From NCBI RefSeq assembly GCF_009914755.1, contig NC_060929.1: a stretch of DNA of 64,000 nucleotides. One strand, written 5' to 3'. This DNA comes from the human T2T-CHM13v2.0 reference genome, Homo sapiens. The notes beneath the pieces are model-generated. The model saw nothing but the letters and a program-made list of their open reading frames with translations, was not told where the DNA came from and searched no databases. The translations under genes and the position numbers were made by a program. This document shows, in pieces, positions 44,534-57,457 of this stretch (positions within the stretch are counted from its first letter, which is position 1; each line of letters starts with the position of its first letter).

Positions 44534-47500
44534 GTAAGTTGTGTTTGTGCTTTTTTTTTTTATAGTATTATGGTAGGAATTTAGTTTTGTAGGAGCCTTG
44601 TTATAGGTTTATTATTATTTTTTAACATAGAAATAAATACTAAGCAGTATATGAAAATAGTTTCAGATACAAACCCTGTATAGATAGGCCCCAGACACAC
44701 AGATACTTTCCTAAGCAGCAGTGACTGCAGTTACCTACCTATCTCTCCCTCTGTTGGGCATTTCTGGGTTTTTTTTTTGTAGAAGCTGGTTTTAGACCGA
44801 CTTGAAAATATACAGTTTCCCATTTCTGGAATTAGTTTTATGCTGATTGTGTGTGCTCTTCCCTATGGTGGAATATCTTGTTTTCATCTGTCAAAATCCT
44901 GACCATTGCCTTCTAGAGATCTTGACTTGGGAGCTGTTACCAGAGCTGAGTGTAGGCTTGTGGGAAGACAGTAAGCCTTCCCCAAATGTGAGCACCCCTT
45001 AGAACCAGATTCCAGCACATACAAAATCACTTCCAAGCACTTCTGCGAGGGCAGCTGTGAGGATTCTTTGACAGCACACAATGGTCCCTTCCATTGGGAC
45101 TAATTAGAGAAAGAAAGGCAAGGTTGAGGAGACACTGTTGACAGAGGTTTTTCTCCTTTCCAGAAGAGGTAAGGAAAACTAAGTTGAGTAAACCAAGGCC
45201 TTAGAATTCAGTTTCTGTATCTCTTAGGGGTGAGGACGTAGAGTCTGATGGAATGGGGTTATTGTTAGGTGTCCTATGATTTGTGTCTCAGAGACTTCAG
45301 GCAACATATCCCTATATAGGGATAATCTATGAGAAATTCCTTCCTTAGTACATGGGATTTACCCCTCAGCTCTGCTGAAGAGGATGAGTAGAGATTTCCC
45401 AAGGCTTCTTCCACCAAATTCCAAGTTATTTGCTCTGTTGAGGACTACATTGTGACGTGTAAAGCAGACGTCTTTAATAAGAAGCCATGTGGTGTAAGGG
45501 GCTTTGAATATTTGGACTGAGGATGAGACCAAAAATTGATTTCTGTGTATTATCTGTAAAAGAGGAAGATAAATTTACTTGTATTTTGTTAACAAAGTAT
45601 TTCGGATACTTCCATTGATTTCTTAATTTTTAGTAGATACTCACAAAGGTGCAGATTTATTAGGATTTTTTGTTCCCTTTACATGTGGGGGTGTCTGTAT
45701 GTTATCCTGCATTTATTTTTCATTATGTAAAATAATTCATATATAGACTGTGAAACTGTTATGATCTTGACTGCATTTTTTTTTTTTGAGAGAAAAAATG
45801 ATCTATAGATTTAAGTCTTTACTCTTGCAGAAAAGCTTAATGCTAAATTAATGTTTGGAGAACCAGGTCACATTTAAAACATGAATTATACAAATAAGAA
45901 CTCTGATTTATAGAAATCAAATCTAAGTAAAGCTTTTTCTAATCCAACCTCCTGAGCTTATATTGCGAAAAGAATTTTCTTAGTAAACTTATGTTTTATT
46001 ATATAGTTAGAATCTTTTGGAATCTTTTGAAATGAAACAAGTTTTCTTCCATTAGGAACATACTTTTTCTTTTAATCATTGGGATTAAACACCCTCCTGT
46101 TTTTTTCTTGCATGGGTTGCTCTGTTGGAAGTTTTCTACAGGCAGTTTTTTGGCTCTTGTGGTCATATGCTTTGCAGAAATATAATTTGACAAAGCTGTG
46201 GTCTTCCACTAGAAGGTGACAATCCTGAGAAATTGTCCTTAATTTCAGGATGCCTTTCCATTAGTTTGTGTGTAATGGGATGGAAATTGATTGTTGCAAC
46301 TGGTATTTAAGGTTAATAATTATTTAATACATCTGCTAATAGAGTTAAAACTTGCCCCTCCCAGGGGCCTAGTTGAGTCATCTTCAGACTGGGATATGAG
46401 AGCAAAATAGGCAAAATTCAACATACAGTTTTTTTCCTTACCTTATTAAATTTCTTCTGCTTTATATTACACACAATATGTTAGTAAACTAATACGTATA
46501 TATAATTTATAAATAAATTTAAATATATTGGAAATACATGTTCAAAAATATTCTTACCCATGAAATAGTCAGAAAGGGTTAGAGGCCAGATCCCTAGTAG
46601 GTTCACTCTGACTTCTGTCTTCATGATTGAGTTTCCCACTCCCCTGGTAATCTACTGCGCTGTCGATTTATTTCTACCATAAAGAAAAGATAACTATATT
46701 TTATTATTAGGAATGAAGTAAAATTTAGCCAGAAAGACTTGAGGAAAAAGAAGACTATAAAAATTCTCTTGCTATAAAGGTTTTAAAAATACTTTCATAC
46801 TTAGCTATAATGCCATTATCTCACCTTACAAAATTACTAGAATTTGGTATTTCCTAATAATCCATCATATTCAAACTCTCTGGGTTGTCCCTTACATACC
46901 ATTTTGCAGTTGGTTTCTTTGAATGAAGACCCAAATAAGGTCCACATATTACTTTTAGTTGTTAAGTTATAAGTTATTAGTCTTTTAATCTAGAGTACTC
47001 TTCTCTTTGCTTCCCCCAACTCACCCTATTTGGCCATTGATTTGTTGCTGGGATTAGGTTAACTGTTCTTGCAGCATGTCATGTTTTACATCTGTCCATC
47101 TGCTTCCTGGATGTCCTCTGCCTTTATCCTTTGTCTCCCATATTTCTCTTAAACTGGAAGTCAGATCTAAGGGCCTTATTAGATTCAGGTTGAATACATC
47201 TGGGACAAATCCATCACTGGTCACACTGTGCCTATTAATAGTATATGTGAGGAGCTGAGATACATGATGTTGGATTATCCACTTTTATCACTGGATTCAG
47301 CTGATATCAACCTGGGCCTCTAATCTTAGGTTTTGTTTTTCCCTTTACCATTATAAAATAATCTGTTGGGAGTGATATTTTAAACAGTCATTTTTTATAT
47401 TTATTGGCTGACTTTTCTGAAAGAAGAAGAAATTCTTATCAATTTGGGACTATTCAGTCAACCCAAACCTGTCTGTCCGGGGCAAGTAGGACAGATGCTC

Positions 47501-47972
47501 ATATTTTTCCCATTAATTTTGGTTTTCAGAATAAGGAATTGGTGTATTAACTATTCACATGGGTGTGCTAACTGCTTCCAAAACATCAAAGTGTTTTCTT
47601 TGATGTTGCTTTTTCTCTTTTCGTGATTATTATTTTGGACTTTTCCTTTTTTGAGCATCATAAACTCATGGATTTGTGTATGTTCAGTGTTTTTCCATCA
47701 GTTTTGGTCATTATTCTTTTTGATGCTCATATTATCCTCTCTTTGGCCTGTTTTCACAATGGTTTCTGTGTTGATTTGGCATGGCCCTATTAGACCTTAA
47801 TAGCTTTGTTGTTCTCTAGTTACAGAGAATGTCCTAGGCAGTGTATTTTTAGCCTAGTTCTGGAATCTTTCATTTCTCCAAGAAGCCCTAGTTCCTTTTA
47901 GTGGGGAATTGTAGTAGGAGTGTTCATTGTTTTGATGTCGGAGTTTTCATGGAATTTTTTCCCCCTTTTTAG

Positions 47973-48031
47973 CATTTTGCCCTTACCATATTGGTCATTT
48001 CTCCCTTGTTGGTTTGGGATTTGAAGAACAC
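47973..48031 (+). CDS. MARCHF6: exon 11 (AFCPYHIGHFSLVGLGFEEH)
   Basis: tttag|CATTT...CAC|gtgagt; 59 nt. Confidence 0.95.
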
Positions 48032-49247
48032 GTGAGTATAATACTTTTACAAAGTTACTTTCATTCATTACTCCCAAATGTGATTATTAATAAAATAGTA
48101 TTCTAAAGAGTTACATCATTTCTTCATTGGCATTATGCAAGGGAATAGTTAGGCAATACCGTCTCATTCTTTTTTAAAAAAAATAACAGTGGCTCAAGAG
48201 ATAGTGGTCATGTTGCCAACTAATGAAAATGTGCTCTGAAATCCAGTCAGCTGGGTGGGCCTGAGGCATACCGTGGGAAAGTTTCCCACAGGCTGATTTT
48301 CTGTCCATCTCAAGAACCTGTATGTTCTCTTCTTTCCCTTTCCCCAGGTGCCCCCTGCTGAATTTAGAAAAGTAACAATATATCAATCAATTTAAAAAGG
48401 GTAGAATATTTTGGAATGACGGGTTGTAGTGTTTTCTAGAGTGCTTTAGTTTTGACATTTTATCAGTATTTTCCAGAGGTAAATAAATTTTGGAAGGATT
48501 ATTACTTCTCTGTTGGGGCCCTAGAACAATTTAGTCTTTTATGGAAAAGCTGACTATCTGGGATCATATGCTCAGTTTGTATATTTGAGATCTGAGAGAT
48601 CACGTTCTGAAGTCTTCTCATATTTAGTACACCTCTGATTCTCACTAGTTGAATGCAAGAACTTGAAAGGTTCAGGTAAGTGTTTTGAAAAATTTTGACT
48701 TTCCAAACTTTTGCCACTTGCTATCTGAAACTCAGGAATCAAAAAATACCGACAGGCACTGTTACTTTCAAAATTCTTTCTATAAGTTGAGAATGGGACA
48801 GATTTGCAGAGCAAGGGAAACTTGAACAGTTACTTCTAGTGGTAGGAAATGAGGTGGCTAGGATATTACCCAGCTGGTGGGTGACTTGGGCAGTGTGTTC
48901 CTGCTTTCAGTGGTTAGCCTTTAGCAAATCTGCTTTAGAGTGAGAGTAGAGGGCAGGCTGTTGTATTACAGTGCTCTTGTTTTTGTAAAATTTAATTCAC
49001 TCTACTGTTATTTTGTCTCCTTGGGTAAAGTGTTATTTAATTTTTCTTCATTTTTTAGTAATATATAACAGTCAGTGAGAGAATTTGGTTTTCAGAGATG
49101 TCATCCAAAGCAGATTTTACAGTTGTTTCCTGGTTATAAATTGTCTCAACAATTCTCTTTTAGTCATTTAGATTGTTTAATATGGGAAAACCGGGGTGTA
49201 GAACATGTTGTAAAATTAAATTTTATTTACTTTTTTCTTATTTCCAG

Positions 49248-49328
49248 GTCCAAGCATCTCATTTTGAAGGCCTAATCACAACCATAGTTGGGTATATACT
49301 TTTAGCAATAACACTGATAATTTGTCAT
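49248..49328 (+). CDS. MARCHF6: exon 12 (VQASHFEG...TLIICH)
   Basis: tccag|GTC...CAT|gtatccttt; 81 nt. Confidence 0.95.
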
Positions 49329-49572
49329 GTATCCTTTAATGAACCAACTTGGGTGTACACTAATATTATTCATACCAAAGAACTCTTCATTAATGGCGAA
49401 ACTTGTCTATCCTTGTCCTCTTAGTAAAAGTTGTAGGTATTTGCAGTAAGGGTCAGTGTGGACAAAATGTGAAATAAATTAATTCTGTCAAAAAATACTA
49501 AATGTTGGCTAAGTAGTTACCTGTTTCATTGTACCTTTAAATACTCAGTTTTTCCTTGACCTGATGCTGTAG
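49329..49572 (+). other. U12-type (minor spliceosome) GT-AG intron 12
   Basis: 5' site GTATCCTTT, branch TTTTCCTTGAC at 49550-49560, AG at 49571-49572, no polypyrimidine tract between branch and AG. Confidence 0.93.
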
Positions 49573-49641
49573 GGCTTGGCAACTCTTGTGAAATTTCATA
49601 GATCTCGTCGCTTACTGGGAGTCTGCTATATTGTTGTTAAG
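49573..49641 (+). CDS. MARCHF6: exon 13 (GLATLVKFHRSRRLLGVCYIVVK)
   Basis: tgtag|GGC...AAG|gtaatt; 69 nt. Confidence 0.95.
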
Positions 49642-49721
49642 GTAATTCCTGTTATAACTTAAAATTGGAAATGATTTCTCCTACATTTGGGTGATACTGA
49701 TGACCTTTATTTTCACTTAAG

Positions 49722-49796
49722 GTCTCTTTGTTAGTGGTGGTAGAAATTGGAGTATTCCCTCTCATTTGTGGTTGGTGGCTGGATATCTGTTCCTTG
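49722..49796 (+). CDS. MARCHF6: exon 14 (VSLLVVVEIGVFPLICGWWLDICSL), TEB4-Doa10 (TD) domain
   Basis: ttaag|GTC...TTG|gtaagt; 75 nt. Confidence 0.95.
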
Positions 49797-50595
49797 GTAA
49801 GTTGAGTATTCATTATTGTATAATAGCATAATTTAAGGGCTTCAAAAGAGGAAGTCTTCAGCATGTATTCTTTTTAAAGGAAAGCAAATATTTGATAATT
49901 TGCTTATTCTTTTGGCATGTGTATCAGTATAGGATCTTAATGTTAATTTTTCTTGAGTACCTGAGTTTTTGAGGCTTTGTGCAAATTTTTGATGTCAGGA
50001 TAGTTTGGGTGGAATCTTTCTAATAGTGGAGGATTTTATTGCCCATTTTGCTGTCGTAAATTTGTGTAGATAATGCCAAGACATTATATACATAGAGAAT
50101 AATTTGATAAGGAAACTGTCTTTGTAGTAATAAATTTAACCCTAATCATTTGATTTAACTAATATGCTCAGTCTTGATTATACTCTTTAATTGCTGTTAG
50201 TGATAATCAGTTTTTGATTGTTTCAAAAATATTTTATGTGTAGAAAAGCTGCCTTTGGTTCTGAGATAACATTTACCCTCCCATACCTTACTTTTAAAAC
50301 TTCTCAAGAATGCAGACCTATAACCAAGAAAATTTTTTACATTCATCAAAAATAGTTCTTTAATAGAATCAGTATTAATAAAGCTTTTACTAATTGGTTT
50401 ATCATTCTTTATATTTGAAGCAGTAGCCAATCTTGTATATAGTTCTGTGACACCGTGGAATGACATTAAGTGAACTGCAGTTCTAGGAATTGTTCCTTGC
50501 ATGCATATTGATTATTTATTTCCTAGAAGATGAAAATGTTAACTTGGCAAATGTAGGGGGCACAGATTTCTCTTACCTGTCCTCTTTTGTCTCAG

Positions 50596-50730
50596 GAAAT
50601 GTTTGATGCTACTCTGAAAGATCGAGAACTGAGCTTTCAGTCGGCTCCAGGTACTACCATGTTTCTGCATTGGCTAGTGGGAATGGTATATGTCTTCTAC
50701 TTTGCCTCCTTCATTCTACTACTGAGAGAG
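50596..50730 (+). CDS. MARCHF6: exon 15 (EMFDATLKDR...LLLRE)
   Basis: ctcag|GAA...GAG|gtaagt; 135 nt. Confidence 0.96.
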
Positions 50731-51220
50731 GTAAGTCCACAGGGAAATGCTGATGCTGTACATTTATAAAAAGGACTTTTGCTTTCACCACCAGTCATGT
50801 CTCAAAGGCTATGATGATTTCCTACCTAAATCATATTCTCTACTATTTTATTCTAAGAGGGAATAACTTATAGGGGACTTTGACTTAATTACTTTAAACT
50901 GTTTCAGTTGTTTGTCTCCATAATTGGCAAGTTTTAATATTTCTGTCTGAGTTTGAAAGACGATTCAACTGAGGAAAAAGATAAGAGTACTCATTTTGTC
51001 ACACTTCGTATATACTTTAGCCATCCTCTAATACAGACTCTTGGAATTTTGTATGATGTGAGTGTGTCTCAGACTTCAAGGAACTGTACTGCTGGAAATA
51101 ACCAAAAGGATATGGTTTTGCAGGATCAGACATGTAAAATCATTTTGATTTAGGCGCCTTAAGTATAGAATTACAATGAGGGTCCTTTATGATTCCAGTT
51201 CACTGGCCTGATGGATTACC

Positions 51221-51221
51221 T

Positions 51222-51260
<39 letters not shown>
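51221..51260 (+). repeat. (TTTA)10 Alu-tail microsatellite
   Basis: Direct count; abuts an antisense Alu. Confidence 0.93.
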
Positions 51261-51594
<334 letters not shown>

Positions 51595-52738
51595 TGAAGA
51601 TGATGAAAGCAGTTGAGTATTTGATTAGTGTACATCTCAAGCTCAGTCATTCCCCAAATACTGAATGGTCACTGTGTGCCGGACACTATACTGCATTCTG
51701 GGGTTTCAGTGAGAAACAAAGGCACAATTCCTGTTCTCCTCGATTTTATAGCCTGAAAATGAATACAGCATTGAAAATGTTGGTTTACACGGAGACGGGT
51801 GATGGAGATGTGCAGGGTGTGGAGGACCAGGTTGACAATTCCAGTGAGAAGGGAACACAAAAGCACAAAGGCTGAATGCTGCTCTTGGTGTACTTTGTTC
51901 TTTGAAAGATTTGAGGAAGAGGAGGAGGGGTCAGGGACCAAAGCATTCTCCTGAATCATACGGTATAATTTCAGTAAATTCTCTTGGTAACTAAAGCTTT
52001 CATTCTTTCTTTGAAACAACTGATTGAGAACTAAAGCAAGTACAGAAATGTGTTTCTTAAAAATGTAATTATATGTGAACTCCAGATTACTTCATTAAGT
52101 GAATAAAATGCTTTATAATGATTTCTTTCATTTTATCAGTGTGGTGGTTTTTGTTGATATAAAATTTTAATATGTGGAACTTAGGCAGAACCTTAGAAAT
52201 CACACACTGTAACCCCTTGTTTAGGAGATGGAGAATAGAAGTTTGGGCAGATTAGATGCGTTACACAGAGGGTAACTCAGTGAGTTTGGACCACATAGAA
52301 CTAGTACCCAGACTCCTCCTTTACCCCATCACCTGCAGCCTCTTGGGTGATGATTTTCATTTACAGGGGGAAGGCAAATCAGACCGTCTATTTAGTACAT
52401 TTATAAATTGCAACATAACCCTTTTACGATAGTAATGGTTGTATTTATTTTTCGTCTCAGAGGTCTAGATTTCTTGACACATTGGACCCAATGAATGTTT
52501 TTTTTTTCCCCCGCCCCTAGTGAATGATGATGTCAAAGGACATCATCAGACACAGGGTAGTTTTCATAAAGATTCTGGTTTAGGAACTTACTTTCCTAAG
52601 AATACCATGTACATTTTCTGGGGCCCACTTTAGATGCCAGAATAATTCTAAGTGCTTATCTTTCTGTTAATGTTTTAGCTCATATATAGAATTTGAAGAC
52701 ATTGGTGAATATTCATAGTATTTAAAATATATTTGCAG

Positions 52739-52858
52739 GTACTTCGACCTGGTGTCCTGTGGTTTCTAAGGAATTTGAATGATCCAGATTTCAATCCAGT
52801 ACAGGAAATGATCCATTTGCCAATATATAGGCATCTCCGAAGATTTATTTTGTCAGTG
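52739..52858 (+). CDS. MARCHF6: exon 16 (VLRPGVLWFLRNLNDPDFNP...FILSV)
   Basis: tgcag|GTA...GTG|gtaaga; 120 nt. Confidence 0.96.
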
Positions 52859-53097
52859 GTAAGAAGATGTTTCCATTGTTTTTTTTTTTTGAATTAATTG
52901 TGCTAACCTATAGTTTTGTTTAGGTTTTTTTTTCCAGTTCTCAAGCAGGCTGATAGAGTATATTGAATAATATATTTATCTAAGCCTGTGGTATTCAGTT
53001 GTCAAGTAGCTGTGTTATTGGTTACTTTGTTAAAATAAATATGTAAAAAGATATTTACTAAAAGGAAGATACTTCCTTGTTCCATAGTAGTATAATT

Positions 53098-53415
53098 CAG
53101 GGGTCCCTAGCCCCCATGTTTTGGCTGGGTACTGGTGCATGTCCCGTTAGGAATGGCCGCACAGCAGGAGATGGGCAGCGGTCAAGCAAGCATTACCACC
53201 TGAGCTCCACCTCCTGTCAGATCAGCCTTGGCGTTAGATTCTCATGGGAGCGGGAACCCTATTGGGAACTGCGAGTGCGAGGGATCCAGATTGTGTGCTC
53301 ATTATGAGAATCTAATGCCTGATGATCTGAAGCAGAACAGTTTCATCCTGAAATCCCGTTGAAAACTGTTTTCCATGAAACTGGTCCCTGATGCCAAAAT
53401 GGTTGGGGACCACTG
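53098..53415 (+). mobile_element. MER1B-like hAT element
   Basis: CAGGGGTCCC...GGTTGGGGACCACTG TIRs; 8-bp near-TSD GTATAATT/GTATGATT. Confidence 0.85.
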
Positions 53416-53566
53416 GTATGATTGATTGCTAAATTACGGTTGTCTGAATTACGTTTAATTTGCATTGAAGCAATGGAGACTTACTACTGGCTTGTAAATT
53501 AAACTCTTAACAGAAGCATGTCAAAGTTTCCCCACCCAGAAGAAGAAATTACATAGTTAAATCTAA

Positions 53567-53855
53567 TTTCTTTCTTTTTTTTTTTTTTGAGATGGAGTTT
53601 TGGTCTGTCACCCATGTTAGAGTGCGGTGGTATGATCTTGGCTCACTGCAACCTTCACCTCCCTGTTTCAAGCAATTGTTGTGACTCAGCCTCCCAAGTA
53701 GCTGGGATTACAGGCGCCCACCACCAAGCTCAGCTAATTTTTGTATTTTTAGTAGATGCGGGGTTTCACTATGTTGGCCAGGTTGGTCTCGAACTCCTGA
53801 CATAGTGATTCGCCCACCTCAGCCTCCCAAAGTGCTGGGATTACCTCACCCAGCC
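53567..53855 (-). mobile_element. Alu
   Basis: Antisense Alu; TAAATCTAA on both sides. Confidence 0.88.
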
Positions 53856-54282
53856 GTAAATCTAAGTTTTTCTAAAATAAAATTCTTAAAGTAACATTAT
53901 GTCCTTTGAAAGCTTTTGTAGCCATTAACATGGGGCAAGTCTTAGCTGGTTACAAGTGATTTATTAAGTTGCAGGCATTTCTGCTTCCTCATTTTAAGTT
54001 TCCAGCTCATTCCTTAGGTAGCAAGTGGTGATTATCCTTTGTGGCTTCCGTTTTAGCATTTGTGTCCTAGATGGGAGGTCCTTACAGGAAGAGGGGCAGG
54101 CATCTTAGGAAAACATTTTTATACAAAATGACTCAAAGATAATGTGTAGAGTGGGAACCGCTTGGGCTTTGAGTAGACACAGGCCTGGACTGCATATTGC
54201 TTGAGTGTGCTCAGAAGTCTGCCTGTCTTGCACAGGAGTGATTGACTCTTATAGTGGTGTCATACCCTGTTTCCTTCTGCAG

Positions 54283-54383
54283 ATTGTCTTTGGCTCCATT
54301 GTCCTCCTGATGCTTTGGCTTCCTATACGTATAATTAAGAGTGTGCTGCCTAATTTTCTTCCATACAATGTCATGCTCTACAG
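54283..54383 (+). CDS. MARCHF6: exon 17 (IVFGSIVLLMLWLP...VMLYS)
   Basis: tgcag|ATT...ACAG|gtaagt; 101 nt. Confidence 0.96.
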
Positions 54384-54851
54384 GTAAGTTTTAAAAATTT
54401 AGAATAGCTTTACTAATTTATCTCTATTAGGGATTTGATGTTCAGATTACATTAAACATTTAAAACATTTCTTATAGTTACTGGAAATCATCTGACAATT
54501 AAATTTTGCTTTATTTTACCTTTATTTTTATTATTTTTTAAATTAAATTTAATGTTTAAAAAATTTTCTGGACCTTTTCCACTTTGCATAAATTTTGCCT
54601 TATTTTAGATCAGATAAACATTAGTACTTACATTTTGTAAAGGAAGATGTTTATTTTTTCTGCGCATAAAGTATGCATTTGCACACCATTGAAATGTTTT
54701 ACCATACCTAATGAGAGTGTATTAGCATCATCTTTATTTTGAAAAGCACATTATAAAGAATAAAGCCAGAGTTGCACATTTAATTATTAAAAATAGGGTA
54801 CAAGGCTTGTAGATGGAACATCTTTTTTGCTTTAAAAACTTAAGTGGGCTA

Positions 54852-55195
<344 letters not shown>

Positions 55196-55718
55196 TCATC
55201 CTATATGCTCTTTAGGGATTTGTATTATCCCCACAGTCATTATCCCAATTGCAGGCAAATTGGATTATTTCCTCAAGTTTACTTCTAATGAGTCTTTAAA
55301 GTATTGCCAATTCTAATTTCTTAAAATCTCTTACTAATCTAACTCGATTTGCCACTTACTTAATTTAGGCCTTCCTCTTGCTCTCCATTCATCCGCAACA
55401 CCTCTGCCTCTAGATTTTCTAGAACTTGGATTATTTTACCCCTGTGTTTAAAAGTTGGCAGCACTTCCTCTGTAATCTATGTGATATATACACCATTTAG
55501 AATGAGATGCAAGACTTGGCATAATCTCATGTTGCTTTTTCAGTGTCTTGTCTCAGCATTGACTGACTTCAATTCTTTTAATTGTGCTACACTGCCATTG
55601 AGGCTCCCCTGATTACTTAGCTGTTTGTCTTTTTCTCTCTGTTTACAATGACTTGCTTGTCCACGTTTGAGTGGCAAGCATTTGATATTCTTTTTAAAAT
55701 CCAGATTAAGGTTTTTAA

Positions 55719-56302
55719 ATTTTATTTTATTTTTTATGAGAAAGAGTCTCGCTCTGTCACCCAGGCTGTAGTGCAGTGGTATGATCATGGCTCACTGCAG
55801 CCTCAACCTCCTGGGCTCAAGTGATCTTCCCACTTCAGCGTCCCGGGTAGCTGAGACTACAGGCGCAAGCCACCACACCTGCCTAATTTTTGTATTTTTT
55901 GGGGAGACCGGGTTTTACCATGTTGCCTGTGCTGGTCTTGAATTCCTGAGCTTGAACCATCTGCCTGCCTCAGCCTCCCAAAATGTTAGGATTACAGGCA
56001 TGAGCCACTGTGCCTGGCCATCATTCCATCCTTTAAAATTGTCTTCATCGTTGTATTTCTTTTTATAGCATTTGTTACATTACTTTACAAATATGTATTG
56101 TTTTATCCCAGATGGCAGAAATCATGTCTTATTTAGGTCTTTTTCTCTCTGTCTCTCTTTTTTTAATTTAAAAAAATATTTTGTGGAGACAGGGTCTGAC
56201 TATATTGCCCAGGCTGGTCTTGAATTCCTGGCCTCAAGCAATCCTTCCACTTTGGTCGCCCAAAGTGCTGGGATTATAGGTGTGAGCCACTGCGCCCAGC
56301 CT
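55719..56302 (-). mobile_element. Alu plus FLAM-like monomer
   Basis: Antisense Alu consensus. Confidence 0.85.
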
Positions 56303-56439
56303 CTTATTTGGATCTTAATGCTTTGCATAGGAACATGATTGTTCAAAAATAAAAGGTTTACTCTACACATAGTAAAATCTCAAATTTGTATTTTATTAAA
56401 TTAGAATTGGAAAATACTTATATCCTGATTATTTAAAGT

Positions 56440-57215
56440 GGCAGAAAAAATGCCAGTAAGGGTATAGAAAGTGGGCAGGATGGGGTTACAATTTAGGAAT
56501 AGTGACTGGTAAAGACCTGAGGGGGTGACAGTTGAGGAAAGCCCTGAAGGAGTTGAGAGAGTGAGCCACGTGGATCCCTGAAGGCAGAATATTCTTGCAG
56601 AAAGTAGGTGCAGTGGCACCCAGGTCTGTTTGAGGATCTGCAGGGAGGCAAGTTTGTCTGTAGTAGGAGGAGGAAGGCAAAGAATTGGCCCTGAAGTCAG
56701 AAAGGTCATGGAGAGCCACCTCCTAGAGAGTCTTACACGACATAAGCACTTTGGCTTTTGCTTGAGTGAATTGAGGAGCTCTTGGAAAGCTTTGAGCAAA
56801 GGAGTGATCTAACTTAGGTTTAAAGAGGATCATTCTGACTGCTGTGATGAGAGGAAACTGGGTTGGAGTGGCTAGGTCAGAAACAGGAAGCCAGCTGGGA
56901 GGATAATGCAATGATCCTGGTGAGAGGTGAGGGTGGCAGAGATGAAGGGGAGGTAGCAGTGGAGGCCTTGAGAAATTTTTAGGATATTGTTAAGGTACAG
57001 TCAAAAGGATTCTCTAGCTGTTTGGATGTGAGGTGTCAAAGGAAGGAGTGACCTTTTGTGTAACATGCTACTAATATAGCAAGTGAGGAGAGAACCAAGA
57101 CCTACCCATCAGTTTAGCAAAATGAAAGTCTTTGGTGACCCTTATCAGAAACAATTTGGTGGAGTTTGTGGGGAAAGCCTCACTGAGTTGGAGAGAGAAT
57201 GAAAGGAGAGGTAAT
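56440..57215 (-). mobile_element. L2 fragment
   Basis: L2-like purine-rich motifs, e.g. GGATCATTCTGACTGCTGTG and GGTGACCCTTATCAG. Confidence 0.65.
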
Positions 57216-57319
57216 AAAGACAGTAAGTTTATTAGATTCTTAAGAAGTTGCGTTGTAATCCCATTAAATAGTAGTCATATGCAAAATACAATTCACATTA
57301 TAAATCCTGCCTCTTTCAG

Positions 57320-57457
57320 TGATGCTCCAGTGAGTGAACTGTCCCTCGAGCTGCTTCTGCTTCAGGTTGTCTTGCCAGCATTACTCGAACAGGGACACAC
57401 GAGGCAGTGGCTGAAGGGGCTGGTGCGAGCGTGGACTGTGACCGCCGGATACTTGCT
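57320..57457 (+). CDS. MARCHF6: exon 18 (DAPVSELSLELLLLQ...AGYLL)
   Basis: ttcag|TGAT...TGCT|gtgagt; 138 nt. Confidence 0.96.

Noticed and set aside
52523-52550. Box C/D snoRNA suggested by ATGATGA
   Set aside because: No box D (CTGA) with terminal stem at a suitable distance; the motif is one arm of a local hairpin.
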